NCBI GenBank assembly: GCA_033808535.1
Contig: JAPXNL010000001.1
Location: forward strand, 2,010-66,009
Length of the DNA: 64,000 bases
Direction: 5' to 3'
Origin: Clostridia bacterium
GTDB lineage: Bacteria; Bacillota; Clostridia; Oscillospirales; CAG-272
Shown piece after piece: positions 29,338-38,957 of this stretch. The translations under genes were made by a program, and so were the position numbers. The notes beneath the pieces are model-generated. The model did no database searches, was not told where the DNA came from, and was given only the letters and a program-made list of their open reading frames with translations. Within the stretch, counting starts at the first letter, position 1; the number at the start of each line of letters is the position of its first letter.

Positions 29338-30768
29338 CTATTCCTTTATCTCTTTTGAGAGGTCATCAAGCTCTATTTCGAGCAAAGGGTTGCGTTTCAG
29401 CTGCTTTTCGACCGTATCGAGCGAAGAAAGAATCGTAGTGTGGTCGCGTTTTCCGAAAATCTGTCCTATTGCGGGAAGTGACATGCCGGTTAGGTTCCGG
29501 ACAAGGTATATGGCTATATGCCGCGTATTTGCAATGTCGCGGGCGCGCGAGCGGCCCTTTAAATCCTCGACTGTTACGCCATAGTGCCTGCTGACGCACT
29601 CAAGTATGCGGTCGACGGTCACAGAGACCGGCTCCGACCCGCTCATCATATCCGAAATGCTTGTTATCGCGAGGTCTACTGTGATTTCGCGTCCGGTCAG
29701 AAAGCTCTGTGCTATAATGCGCTTTATTGCGCCTTCGAGCTGGCGGACATTGTTTTTCAGGTTGTCTGCTATATACTGCACCACGTCCGGCGGCAGCTCA
29801 ACGCCCAGGCACTCGGCTTTGTATTTAAGTATCGCGGCGCGAAGCTCGCTGTCAGGCGGCTGTATGTCCGCTATCAGCCCCCACTCAAACCGCGTGCGCA
29901 GCCGCTCCTCAAGCTGCTTTATGTCGCGGGGCGGTTTGTCGGAGGTCAGCACTATCTGCTTGCGTTCCTCGTACAGCGCGTTGAAGGTGTGGAAAAACTC
30001 TTCCTGCGTCGAGTTTTTGCCGCCGATGAACTGTATGTCGTCGATCAGCAGCATATCGACTGTGCGGTAGCGGTCGCGGAATTTCTGGGTTGTTTCGCGC
30101 TTTATAGCCTCTATAATCTGGTTTGTAAAGTCCTCTCCCCGCACATAGAGCACACTCATGTCGGGGTGTTTGATTCCGGTTTCATACAGTATCGCGGACA
30201 AAAGATGCGTTTTGCCTATGCCGCTGGGCCCGTAGATAAAAAGCGGGTTATAATCGCGCGCGGGGTTGTTCGTCACCGCTATGCAGGCAGCGTGTGCGAA
30301 TTTATTGGAGCTGCCGACAATGAAGTTTTCGAATGTATTGAACTGCTCGCTTTTGATTAGCCGGCTGCGCGCTATACGGTCGGGGGTCTGCATAAAGCCG
30401 GGAGAGATCGGATCCGAAAAATCGCGTCGCATCGACTGCTTCGGCACGGTGAAAGACGACGCTTTTACCGGCGAGGGGGGCACATCGGACACTTCGCGCT
30501 GTTTTGCCTGATTTTCGCGGGATGACACCGTAACGCTCAAGGTATCGCAGCCGGTCAGCTCGCGCAGTATGCCGGTGAGCTGCGGCAGGTATCTGTCCGC
30601 GACGATACCGCGCTTGAATTCGGTCGGAACGCAGACGGACGCTTCATTTTCGCCCGTAAACTCCAGCGACGATTCGCCGAACCAAACGTTAAAAACCATG
30701 TCAGAAAGCCCGAGCATTTCTTTCAGGCAGCCCTTGGCAGTCTGCCAGATATTATCGTCGTATTTCAT
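29338..30768 (-). CDS. dnaA: Chromosomal replication initiator DnaA
   Basis: AAA+ Walker A GPSGIGKTHL, and C-terminal DNA-binding HTTILSSLDTVEKQL. The start is taken at MKYDDNIW (30768); the track ORF begins 13 codons earlier at 30807. Confidence 0.95.
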   Translation of the reverse strand: MKYDDNIWQTAKGCLKEMLGLSDMVFNVWFGESSLEFTGENEASVCVPTEFKRGIVADRYLPQLTGILRELTGCDTLSVTVSSRENQAKQREVSDVPPSPVKASSFTVPKQSMRRDFSDPISPGFMQTPDRIARSRLIKSEQFNTFENFIVGSSNKFAHAACIAVTNNPARDYNPLFIYGPSGIGKTHLLSAILYETGIKHPDMSVLYVRGEDFTNQIIEAIKRETTQKFRDRYRTVDMLLIDDIQFIGGKNSTQEEFFHTFNALYEERKQIVLTSDKPPRDIKQLEERLRTRFEWGLIADIQPPDSELRAAILKYKAECLGVELPPDVVQYIADNLKNNVRQLEGAIKRIIAQSFLTGREITVDLAITSISDMMSGSEPVSVTVDRILECVSRHYGVTVEDLKGRSRARDIANTRHIAIYLVRNLTGMSLPAIGQIFGKRDHTTILSSLDTVEKQLKRNPLLEIELDDLSKEIKE

Positions 30769-30968
30769 CCGTCCCGGTGTTTCCTTCCAATGATTTATTA
30801 TAAACATTCAAATTTATTATAACACAACGGAACTGCCATTTCAAGTAATAAATTGATAATAAACACAAAGTATGGTGTGTCCTGCTTGTAAAATCTGTAA
30901 GACTGTGATATAATAAAAAACAAGTTTTTTTATATATAAAAAGCAATTTAATTTGAGGTGGAATTGGC

Positions 30969-31418
30969 GTGAAAATCTGTCTCAGGCGCGTCGCCGGCGT
31001 TGCTTTTTTATTATGTATTGCCGTCCTGTCTTCATGTGAAGCCGGAGATACCGTGGACGGGGTTACGACGGAGAAAATAGAGTTTTACACAGGCGACGAG
31101 AGTATCTCTGATCTTTCGGCCGCGGAGGAGGTACTGTACAGCCGGGTAAAGGGTTATTTCGACATTTATTATGCCGGAGCAAATTATTCCATAACTTTCG
31201 ACCCTGATGAGCGCGGCGAATACGGCGGCGACGAATGCTATATCTTCAAGAGCTTTACGGAAGCTGGGCTTGAGGGGTTTTTGATTGCCGCCTCTGTCGA
31301 CGGAAAGAGCATATACGGCAGCGATCCGGAGCGCGGGCTCATCGCCCTGATCTGGTGCGAAGGCTGGACCGAGCCCGACTTCAGTTATTTTGCGGCGCAG
31401 GATACATCAAATCTTTGA
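30969..31418 (+). CDS. Small lipoprotein, function unknown
   Basis: GTG start after GAGGTGG. Signal peptide plus lipobox (AVLSSC). No recognisable domain. Confidence 0.5.
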   Translation: MKICLRRVAGVAFLLCIAVLSSCEAGDTVDGVTTEKIEFYTGDESISDLSAAEEVLYSRVKGYFDIYYAGANYSITFDPDERGEYGGDECYIFKSFTEAGLEGFLIAASVDGKSIYGSDPERGLIALIWCEGWTEPDFSYFAAQDTSNL

Positions 31419-31570
31419 GTATGTTTTCAGTTTTAATTCGGTAAAATATTTATTAACATGACAGTGCAATATTGATTTTCGGGCAAGAAAGTATTATCAT
31501 ATATCCGAATATCTTCAAATAAACGCAATTTTCCGCTATAGCGGGAACGAAATGAAAAGGATGAAAAACA

Positions 31571-32707
31571 ATGACTGAAACTGCGGCAAAAATCAAAAAA
31601 ATCGGTATTCTGACCTCCGGCGGAGATGCTCCCGGCATGAACGCCGCTGTGCGCGCCGTGACGCGCTATGCGCTCAGGCGCGGCATAGAGGTAATGGGTA
31701 TCTATGAAGGCTACAAAGGCCTTATTAACGGAAAAAATTATATAAAGAAATTCGACGCCCGAGACGTTTCAAATATAATCGACGAGGGCGGCACGATTAT
31801 ATATTCCGCCCGTTGCCCTGAATTCAAGGAAAAAAAGGGTATTGAAATGGCTGCGCAGAACTGCCGTGAACTCGGCATTGAAGGCCTTGTCACAATCGGC
31901 GGCGACGGAACCTTCCGCGGCGCATATGACCTTTCGACCATGTTCGGCATACCCTGTATCGGCATCCCCGGCACGATCGACAACGACATAACCGCTACCG
32001 ACTATTCGATCGGCTACGATACTGCGCTCAACACCACAATGCAGATGATCGACCGCCTGCGCGACACCTGCGAATCGCACGCGCGCTGCAACGTCGTCGA
32101 GGTTATGGGCAACAACGCCGGCTATATAGCGCTTTATTCCGCCGTTGCGGTAGGCGCAACCGCCGTTGCGGTCAAAGAGCGCCCGTTTGACGAAGACGCC
32201 GCAATCAAAAAGATTATCCAGTGCCGCGAGGCAGGCAAGCGCAACTTTATCGTTGTGATAAGCGAAGGCGCAAACATAAACGCCGAACAGTTTGCCAAAA
32301 AGATTCAGACTGTAACCGGCAGCGAAAACAAGGAGATCGAAACCAAATTTGCGCGCTTTGCGCATGTGGTCAGAGGCGGCGCGCCTTCCATGCGCGACCG
32401 TGTCATCGCCGCCAAAATGGGCGTCGGAGCCGTCGACCTGCTGCTCGAGGGCAAAACTAACATGTTCATGTGCGAGCGCTACGGCATGATTTTGGGCACC
32501 GACATTATGCAGGCAATCTATGCCGACCGCAAATACAAGGCTACGTTTGACCCGAAGATCGCACAGTCATTTGACCCGTCCGAGGGCGACAAATTCAGCC
32601 CGGAGGTCCGTGCAGAGATGGAAAGCCTTGTTGAAGAGCGTATAGCCGAAATCGACACCATGCTCGAGCTGTCGGAGAATATTTCAAATTACAGGAATAT
32701 TGACTGA
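31571..32707 (+). CDS. pfkA: ATP-dependent 6-phosphofructokinase with a C-terminal extension of about 55 aa
   Basis: KIGILTSGGDAPGMNAAVRAV, IGGDGTFRGA and PGTIDNDI motifs. 378 aa against about 320 typical. Confidence 0.9.
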   Translation: MTETAAKIKKIGILTSGGDAPGMNAAVRAVTRYALRRGIEVMGIYEGYKGLINGKNYIKKFDARDVSNIIDEGGTIIYSARCPEFKEKKGIEMAAQNCRELGIEGLVTIGGDGTFRGAYDLSTMFGIPCIGIPGTIDNDITATDYSIGYDTALNTTMQMIDRLRDTCESHARCNVVEVMGNNAGYIALYSAVAVGATAVAVKERPFDEDAAIKKIIQCREAGKRNFIVVISEGANINAEQFAKKIQTVTGSENKEIETKFARFAHVVRGGAPSMRDRVIAAKMGVGAVDLLLEGKTNMFMCERYGMILGTDIMQAIYADRKYKATFDPKIAQSFDPSEGDKFSPEVRAEMESLVEERIAEIDTMLELSENISNYRNID

Positions 32708-32771
32708 CAGCCGAAACAAGTACAACCGTAAGTTAAAGTGGCTATTTTGACGGAGGGAGGGATATCCGTAA

Positions 32772-33941
32772 ATGAACGATAACCGAAACAGGCGTCCAGG
32801 CGGCGGAAACATGCCTCGTAAAATTCCGCCCGGCGGTCCGGATAGGCTGCCGGATATACGTCCGGCTATACGCCGTGTCAGGCGCAGGAGTTTTGCCGGC
32901 CCTATAATCGCGGCGATTGTCCTGACACTGATCGTCATACTGGCGATTATCGCGCTTTTTATGCTGCTTTCCGGCAAACTTGAGCTGCCCGGCAATATTG
33001 GTTCCGACCCGGATATCACCTCCGGAACAGAGGAAACTTCTAACTTAAATGAAACAGATGAAGTGGCGCCTGACACGGGTGCTGCGACCGAACCCGTGAC
33101 TGAACCTGCAACCGAACCCGAAACCGAAGCGCCGGCCGGAGTTGCGACAGGCTATAAGACTATAACCCTCGACAATGCGGATGTGCATAAGGGTGACTTG
33201 ATACTCGTCAACTACATGTACGCATACGCATTCCCCGAAAAGAAGAACACGATTACCATATACGGCAACAAAAACGCCTCGTATAAGCTGAGCACCTCGA
33301 AGCTTGAAGTCAGTCCACAGACTCTTGACGCGCTCAACGCCATGATGCAGGCTTTCGCCGACGAAACTGGCAAATACGATGTGTTTGTCAGGAACGCATA
33401 CCGCAGCCTTGAGGAGCAAAAGTCGCTTTACGACGCGCGCGTCGCGGCATACGGCGAGGAAAACGCGAAAAAATACCTTGCGCAGCCCGGTTATTCGGAG
33501 CATCATACAGGAACGTGTTTCGATCTTGGCATCTACACCGAAGAAGGGAAGGCATACGAACTCGACGGGATATCCGGGTATGCAGAGTGGTTTACAGCCA
33601 ACTGCGCAAAATTCGGATTTGTCATACGATTCCCTGACAACAAAGCTTCAATTACGGGCGTGACGAGCGACAAGTGGCACTTCAGATATGTAGGACAGGT
33701 ACACGCCGAAACGATGAACGCGTTAGGGCTGTGCCTTGAGGAGTATATCGACGAGCTGAGAAAATATACTTATAACAGCGATCATCTGCTTGTCACAACC
33801 TCGTCCGGCAAAAAATTCGAGATTTACTATCAGTACGCTTCCGGCACCGATAAAACCGATGTGCCTGTGCCCGAAAATCTGCCTTACAGCATTTCGGGCG
33901 ACAATTCACAGGGATTTATCGTGACTGTTTCACTTTCATAA
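32772..33941 (+). CDS. Membrane-anchored D-alanyl-D-alanine carboxypeptidase (VanY / peptidase M15B)
   Basis: Basic N-terminus plus TM helix. Motifs SEHHTGTCFDLG and DKWHFRYVG. Confidence 0.8.
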   Translation: MNDNRNRRPGGGNMPRKIPPGGPDRLPDIRPAIRRVRRRSFAGPIIAAIVLTLIVILAIIALFMLLSGKLELPGNIGSDPDITSGTEETSNLNETDEVAPDTGAATEPVTEPATEPETEAPAGVATGYKTITLDNADVHKGDLILVNYMYAYAFPEKKNTITIYGNKNASYKLSTSKLEVSPQTLDALNAMMQAFADETGKYDVFVRNAYRSLEEQKSLYDARVAAYGEENAKKYLAQPGYSEHHTGTCFDLGIYTEEGKAYELDGISGYAEWFTANCAKFGFVIRFPDNKASITGVTSDKWHFRYVGQVHAETMNALGLCLEEYIDELRKYTYNSDHLLVTTSSGKKFEIYYQYASGTDKTDVPVPENLPYSISGDNSQGFIVTVSLS

Positions 33942-33943
33942 TT

Positions 33944-35188
33944 ATGGGACATGGAATTTCTCACAGTGAAGCCCACAGACTTGTGGAAAAGTCTCTGGAA
34001 GGACGCAATGTAACGCGGGCGCTGCTTTTGCCGCCGGATTATACGCGGCTGCATTCGTGCGGCGGCGCGATTTGCGCCATGTATTATAAGCTGCTCTCGG
34101 AGCGCGGAGCAAATGTCGATGTCATGCCGGCGCTTGGCAGCCACGAGCCGATGACACGATTGCAGGCGGAGCACTTTTTTGGCGGTGTGATACCGTTTGA
34201 AAAGCTTTTGGTCCACGACTGGCGCGGCGGCGTTACAAAACTGGGCGAGGTGCCCGGCGACTATGTTGCCGCTGTCTCGGACGGGATTATGAGCGAGCCC
34301 ATACCCGTTGAAGTCAACCGCCGCATTGTGTCCGGCGACTACGACCTGATTGTTTCAATCGGTCAGGTCGTGCCGCACGAAGTGGCGGGCATGGCTAACT
34401 ACTCAAAAAACATATTTGTCGGCTGCGGCGGCAGCGCGATGATCTCCGCATCCCACATTCTGGGCGCCGCCTACGGCATGGAGCGCATAATGGGCCGCGC
34501 GGATACGCCTGTACGCGCTGTTTTCGATTATGCTGAGGAGCATTTTCTCTGTGACTTTCCGATCCTGTACGCACTGACGGTAACCACGCGCTCTGATGAA
34601 GGCGATTTTGACGGCGTTTCGCTTGAAGGCCTTTTCATCGGGCGCGGGCGTGAGCTTTTTGACCGTGCGGCGGATCTTTCGCGCCAGCTCAACTTCATAC
34701 GCACAGGACGCCCGCCCAAAACTATGGTGTGCAGGCTTGACCCCGACGAATTCCACAGCACCTGGCTTGGCAACAAAGCAGTGTACCGCACCCGGCTTGC
34801 CATCGCCGACGGCGGCAGGCTTATTGTGCTTGCCCCGGGAGTGAAGCGGTTCGGCGAGGACCCCGAATGTGACAGGCTGATACGCAAATACGGTTATAAG
34901 GGACGCGAGCATATCATGAAGCTGGCAAAAACCGAGCCGGATTTGCGGAAAAACCTTTCAGCCGCGGCTCACCTTATCCACGGCTCGACCGACGGCCGTT
35001 TCGAGGTTTTTTATGCGGCGCCGCTACTTTCACCCGCCGAGGTTGAAGGCGTAGGCTACCGCTGGCTTGATTATGATGAAACGATAAAAAAATATAACCC
35101 CGCGTCGCTGTGCGAAGGCTGGAACAATGTTGACGGGGAGGATATATACTACATTGACAACCCTGCGCTCGGTCTTTGGAGCGTTTAA
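33944..35188 (+). CDS. LarA-like (DUF2088) protein, tentative
   Basis: 414-aa ORF. PPDYTRLHS, ALGSHEPMT and VPHEVAGMANYSKN fall in the same order as the LarA motifs DHTRP, ATGFHR and SHFFAGFSGG. Weak, remembered similarity only. Confidence 0.35.
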   Translation: MGHGISHSEAHRLVEKSLEGRNVTRALLLPPDYTRLHSCGGAICAMYYKLLSERGANVDVMPALGSHEPMTRLQAEHFFGGVIPFEKLLVHDWRGGVTKLGEVPGDYVAAVSDGIMSEPIPVEVNRRIVSGDYDLIVSIGQVVPHEVAGMANYSKNIFVGCGGSAMISASHILGAAYGMERIMGRADTPVRAVFDYAEEHFLCDFPILYALTVTTRSDEGDFDGVSLEGLFIGRGRELFDRAADLSRQLNFIRTGRPPKTMVCRLDPDEFHSTWLGNKAVYRTRLAIADGGRLIVLAPGVKRFGEDPECDRLIRKYGYKGREHIMKLAKTEPDLRKNLSAAAHLIHGSTDGRFEVFYAAPLLSPAEVEGVGYRWLDYDETIKKYNPASLCEGWNNVDGEDIYYIDNPALGLWSV

Positions 35189-35211
35189 ATTTTATACCGG
35201 GAGGAAAGACA

Positions 35212-35904
35212 ATGAAGCGCAATTATGGTCCGTTTATCATAGGTCTTGTTTTCATCGGGGTCGGAATCGGATATATAGGCAATTACATTGGCTGGTGGAG
35301 CGGCTTTGATATCTTTTTCCCGGGCTGGTGGACATTGTTTATCATCGTTCCGTGCCTTATCTCCATCGTAAATTCCGGATTCAACCTGCCCAGTCTCATA
35401 GGCTTAGTGATTGGCGTGTTCCTGCTTATCACACAGCAGCAGCAACTGAAACATCTGTGGTCGCTTGTTACACCGGTTACGCTGATAGTAATCGGTCTGT
35501 ACATCATTTTTAAAAGCAAGCTGTTCAAATACCGCCGCGTCGTGAAGGCGGAGGACGGCGGCGCATTTTACATCCCCATCTACAACTGCTATTTCAACGG
35601 GCGGGAAATAAAGTTCGGCCGCTTTGAACTGCACGGCGCGGAAGTAACCACGCTGCTTGGCAATCTTGTGCTCGACCTCTCCGACGCCATAATTACAAAA
35701 GATGTCGTCATCGACGTGACAAACGTGTTTGTCGGCGCGAAAATCATTCTTCCGCCTTATGTGAAGATGGCGCCGTCGGCAAGCGGCTTGCTTGGCAGGA
35801 TCATCGACCACACAACTCCCGACCCTGCCGCAGTGCATACTGTTTACATTAACGCAAACTGCATTTTTGCCGGCACAGAGGTGACGACGGCAAACTGGGA
35901 TTAA
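35212..35904 (+). CDS. LiaF-like membrane protein (DUF2154-type C-terminal domain), tentative
   Basis: ATG at 35212 after GGGAGGAAAG. Four predicted TM helices, then a beta-rich tail (GNLVLDLSDAIITKDVVIDVTNVFVGAKIILPP). Confidence 0.45.
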   Translation: MKRNYGPFIIGLVFIGVGIGYIGNYIGWWSGFDIFFPGWWTLFIIVPCLISIVNSGFNLPSLIGLVIGVFLLITQQQQLKHLWSLVTPVTLIVIGLYIIFKSKLFKYRRVVKAEDGGAFYIPIYNCYFNGREIKFGRFELHGAEVTTLLGNLVLDLSDAIITKDVVIDVTNVFVGAKIILPPYVKMAPSASGLLGRIIDHTTPDPAAVHTVYINANCIFAGTEVTTANWD

Positions 35905-35993
35905 AGCAGCAAACGCCTTTCCCATTACTGTTAAATACCGAAAAAACTGAAAGAATAATCAAAACGCCACTCGCTGATAATACATATCGGGGG

Positions 35994-36731
35994 GTGGCGT
36001 TTATCAATTTATTCAGTTTTGATAGCTCCGAGGTTTTACGGGTTTTAATAACCTCGGTGGTATCGATAGTTGTAATGTATCTGCTTACAAAGCTGATGGG
36101 TGAAAAGCAGATACACCATCTCAACATGTTTGACTATATGACCGGCATCACCATCGGGTCGATTGCGGCGGAGCTGGCGACGGACCTAGAAAATCCCGTT
36201 CAGCCTCTCACCGCAATGCTTGTCTACGGACTTGCCGCGTTGCTCGTCAGTTATATGACGATGAAGTCCGTCAAGCTGCGCAAGATTATAAACGGACGCT
36301 CCGTAGTGCTGATGGATGGGGGAAAACTGTACCGTGCCAATCTTGCATCTTCACATCTGGAGCTCTCTGAGTTCATCGCCATGTGCCGCGAGCAGGGATA
36401 TTTCGATATATCGCAGATTGAAACCGCGATCCTCGAGCACACCGGTTCGCTCAGCATACTGCCGAAATCCAAATACCGCCCGTACACTCCCGAGGACGCC
36501 GGGATTTCTCCGCAACCGGAGCGCCCGAAAATAAACGTCATTATGGACGGCAAAATAATGCCAGATAAACTGCGTCTTGCCGGAGTCGACAAGCGCTGGC
36601 TCGCCGGAGAGCTTAAGGCACAGGGCGGTATTAAGCCTGAAGATATTGCGCTTGCCTGCGTGGATGAAAACAAGCACCTTCTTGTTTTCCCGGTGATAAG
36701 AGAAAAAAACGACGTGGAATGGTTTGAATAA
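35994..36731 (+). CDS. DUF421 (YetF-family) membrane protein
   Basis: LLTKLMGEKQIHHLNMFDYMTGITIGSIAAELA and a C-terminal domain with GRSVVLMDGGKLYRANL...ILEHTGSLSILPK. Confidence 0.7.
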   Translation: MAFINLFSFDSSEVLRVLITSVVSIVVMYLLTKLMGEKQIHHLNMFDYMTGITIGSIAAELATDLENPVQPLTAMLVYGLAALLVSYMTMKSVKLRKIINGRSVVLMDGGKLYRANLASSHLELSEFIAMCREQGYFDISQIETAILEHTGSLSILPKSKYRPYTPEDAGISPQPERPKINVIMDGKIMPDKLRLAGVDKRWLAGELKAQGGIKPEDIALACVDENKHLLVFPVIREKNDVEWFE

Positions 36732-36907
36732 AGTTTGTCAAAATATTAACAATGTTTGGTGTAATATATTAAATAATTCCTCATTTGGTTGACAAGCGGG
36801 AGCACGCGTGTTACCATAAATAATGGCTCAGTTTTTTGCGCTGATATTTTTTTGCGATTTTACCCTGTGGTCAGCCCGGATTTCCGGGCAAATGAAAGGA
36901 GATATTT

Positions 36908-37534
36908 ATGGTAACACTAAACGCTGAACATCGAAAGACAGGAGAAAAAAGCAATCGCCTCCGTCGTGAGAACTATGTTCCTGCGATCCTGTACGGCAAG
37001 CATCTTTCCCAGTCGATACCGTTAAAGCTGCCGTTGAAGGAAACAGAGCAGTTTTTGAGATCCAACACAGTCGGATCCAGGCTGCAGCTTATGTGTGAGG
37101 GAGAATCGCACACCGCAATGCTGAAAGAGCTGGCACGCGAACCCTCAACCGGCAAGCTCGAGCACCTCAGCTTCGTGGCGCTCCGGGTCGGCGAGAAAGT
37201 CAAGGGTGTAGCGCACATTGTTATTACAGGGCGCGAAGCATTGCAGCGCAAAGGCGTCGTGCTGCAAACCCTTTCAGAGATAAATTACCGCGCGCTTCCC
37301 TCACAGCTTGTGGATGTTATAACGGTGAATGTTGAAAATCTCGAAGTCAACGAAAACATAAAGGTATCGGACCTTGAGATTGCGAACAATCCTGAAATTG
37401 AACTGCTGACACCTGCCGACAGCGTAGTCGTCACTGTCTCGCCGATCAGGACACATGAAGTACAGACGGATACCGGAACCGATGAAGGCGATGAAGGCGA
37501 GTCCACCGAAGGCGAAACGGCTAAAGAAGAATAA
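36908..37534 (+). CDS. rplY: Ribosomal protein bL25 / general stress protein Ctc
   Basis: LNAEHRKTGEKSNRLRRENYVPAILYGK, two-domain length, acidic tail. Confidence 0.88.
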   Translation: MVTLNAEHRKTGEKSNRLRRENYVPAILYGKHLSQSIPLKLPLKETEQFLRSNTVGSRLQLMCEGESHTAMLKELAREPSTGKLEHLSFVALRVGEKVKGVAHIVITGREALQRKGVVLQTLSEINYRALPSQLVDVITVNVENLEVNENIKVSDLEIANNPEIELLTPADSVVVTVSPIRTHEVQTDTGTDEGDEGESTEGETAKEE

Positions 37535-37543
37535 AACTGACAT

Positions 37544-37570
37544 AAAAAAAGCGGCTAAGCCGCTTTTTTA
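37544..37570. terminator. Bidirectional rho-independent terminator
   Basis: aaaaaaaGCGGCtaaGCCGCtttttt between the convergent genes rplY and DUF554. Confidence 0.85.
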
Positions 37571-37573
37571 CTT

Positions 37574-38284
37574 TTAAAACAACGTTATTGCTGCCTGTAT
37601 TACCGCGGCGACAAAGATCGCCGGTACGTAGTTCATAACCTTCAGCTTTGTTATGCCAAGCATATTGAGTGCTATGCCTATTATCAGCACCGAGCCGGCG
37701 CATGTCATCTCAGCTATAACAGCATCCGACAGAAACGGAGCAATCCAGCGCGAGAGCAGTACAATCGAACCCTGATAAGCCAGAATAATAACTGCTGACA
37801 ATGCAACGCCGGCACCAAGCTGCGAAGCGAAGATTATTGACGCAGTGAAGTCAAGCGCGGATTTCAGAAAAATTGTCGTATGTTCGCCGGTCAGCCCGCT
37901 TTGCAGCGAGCCAACGATTGACATTGCCCCCACGCAGAACACCAGGCTTGCGGTTACAAAGCCCTGCGCTATCGAGCCGGAAGCCACACCTCCGTCGGGC
38001 GCTGTAAGCTTCGCGCCGAAATGCGATTCTATGCGCTTGCCCAGCCGGTGCAGCAGACCGTCGAGATCCACCGCTTCGCCTATCAGCGTGCCTAAAACCA
38101 CGGAAATGATAAGCACAAGCGTGTTCGAGCCTTTCAGCGCGCCCGATATGCCTATATAAAGCACGCACAGGCCGAGCGCTTTCATAATGCTCTCGCCAAG
38201 CCGTACAGGCAGCGCGCGTCCGAGCAGCAGACCTATGACAGATCCGACAATTACTCCGACAGCGTTTACTACAGTACCGAGCAT
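37574..38284 (-). CDS. DUF554 (YqgA/YdfK-family) membrane protein, last gene of the V-ATPase operon
   Basis: MLGTVVNAVGVIVGSVIGLLLG... is a typical DUF554 opening. Its ATG (38282-38284) overlaps the TAA of subunit D (38284-38286). Confidence 0.7.
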   Translation of the reverse strand: MLGTVVNAVGVIVGSVIGLLLGRALPVRLGESIMKALGLCVLYIGISGALKGSNTLVLIISVVLGTLIGEAVDLDGLLHRLGKRIESHFGAKLTAPDGGVASGSIAQGFVTASLVFCVGAMSIVGSLQSGLTGEHTTIFLKSALDFTASIIFASQLGAGVALSAVIILAYQGSIVLLSRWIAPFLSDAVIAEMTCAGSVLIIGIALNMLGITKLKVMNYVPAIFVAAVIQAAITLF

Positions 38285-38952
38285 TAAAACTCTCTTTCCG
38301 AGCCGCGGCGCTCGCTTATCGCGCGCTCCAGCATCATGTCCTTGACCTTCATAAGGCGAGTGGTATTGCCCCGCTCGTTTTCGCCCAGCTTCATGGATAT
38401 GCGTTTTATGGCACTTTCAAGCGAGGGTATCATCGTATATTCAAGCGCGTTTACCCGGCGGCGCGTTTTTTCGATTTCGTCCGCCAGAAGCTGGGCTGTC
38501 TTTTCGGTTTCGGCAAGTTTTATCATATCGGGCATAAGCTCCGACAGGTTTGCCAGCGTCGAGTCAAGTTCGCCTGAGGTGAACGCAAAGCCGTAGTTGT
38601 AGCCGTCGCTTGAGTCGCCGCCCACGATATCGTACCTGAACACGGGCACGATTACGCTCATAATATTGCGGTTTTCCACATTAAGCGCGACTTCTTTTTT
38701 CGGAAGCATCAGCGCCTCCTCGAGCAGACGCGGCGACGATACGGCTGACGCCACCGTAAAGCTGCGGTGCACGCCCGAAAGACGCTCCTCGACGGTTTCG
38801 CGGAGCGCTTTGTTTGCGCGCACGATGTCGAGGAATTGGCGCATCAGCTCGTCGCGCTTGTCTTTGAGCAGTTTATGCCCGCGCCGCGCGGTTATCAGCC
38901 GCTGTTTGAGCTTTTTCAGCTCCATGCGGGTCGGGTTTACTCTGATTTCCAT
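38284..38952 (-). CDS. ntpD: V-type ATP synthase subunit D
   Basis: 222-aa coiled-coil protein: NPTRMELKKLKQRLITARRGHKLLKDKRDEL. Confidence 0.9.
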   Translation of the reverse strand: MEIRVNPTRMELKKLKQRLITARRGHKLLKDKRDELMRQFLDIVRANKALRETVEERLSGVHRSFTVASAVSSPRLLEEALMLPKKEVALNVENRNIMSVIVPVFRYDIVGGDSSDGYNYGFAFTSGELDSTLANLSELMPDMIKLAETEKTAQLLADEIEKTRRRVNALEYTMIPSLESAIKRISMKLGENERGNTTRLMKVKDMMLERAISERRGSEREF

Positions 38953-38957
38953 ATAGG

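Noticed and set aside
36732-36907. The 175-nt leader upstream of rplY/ctc, with a cccggatttccggg hairpin and duplicated TTTTTTGCG. Considered as a ribosomal-protein autoregulatory leader.
   Set aside because: I know of no leader motif matching it, and I have no covariation data. The structure is too small to support a call.
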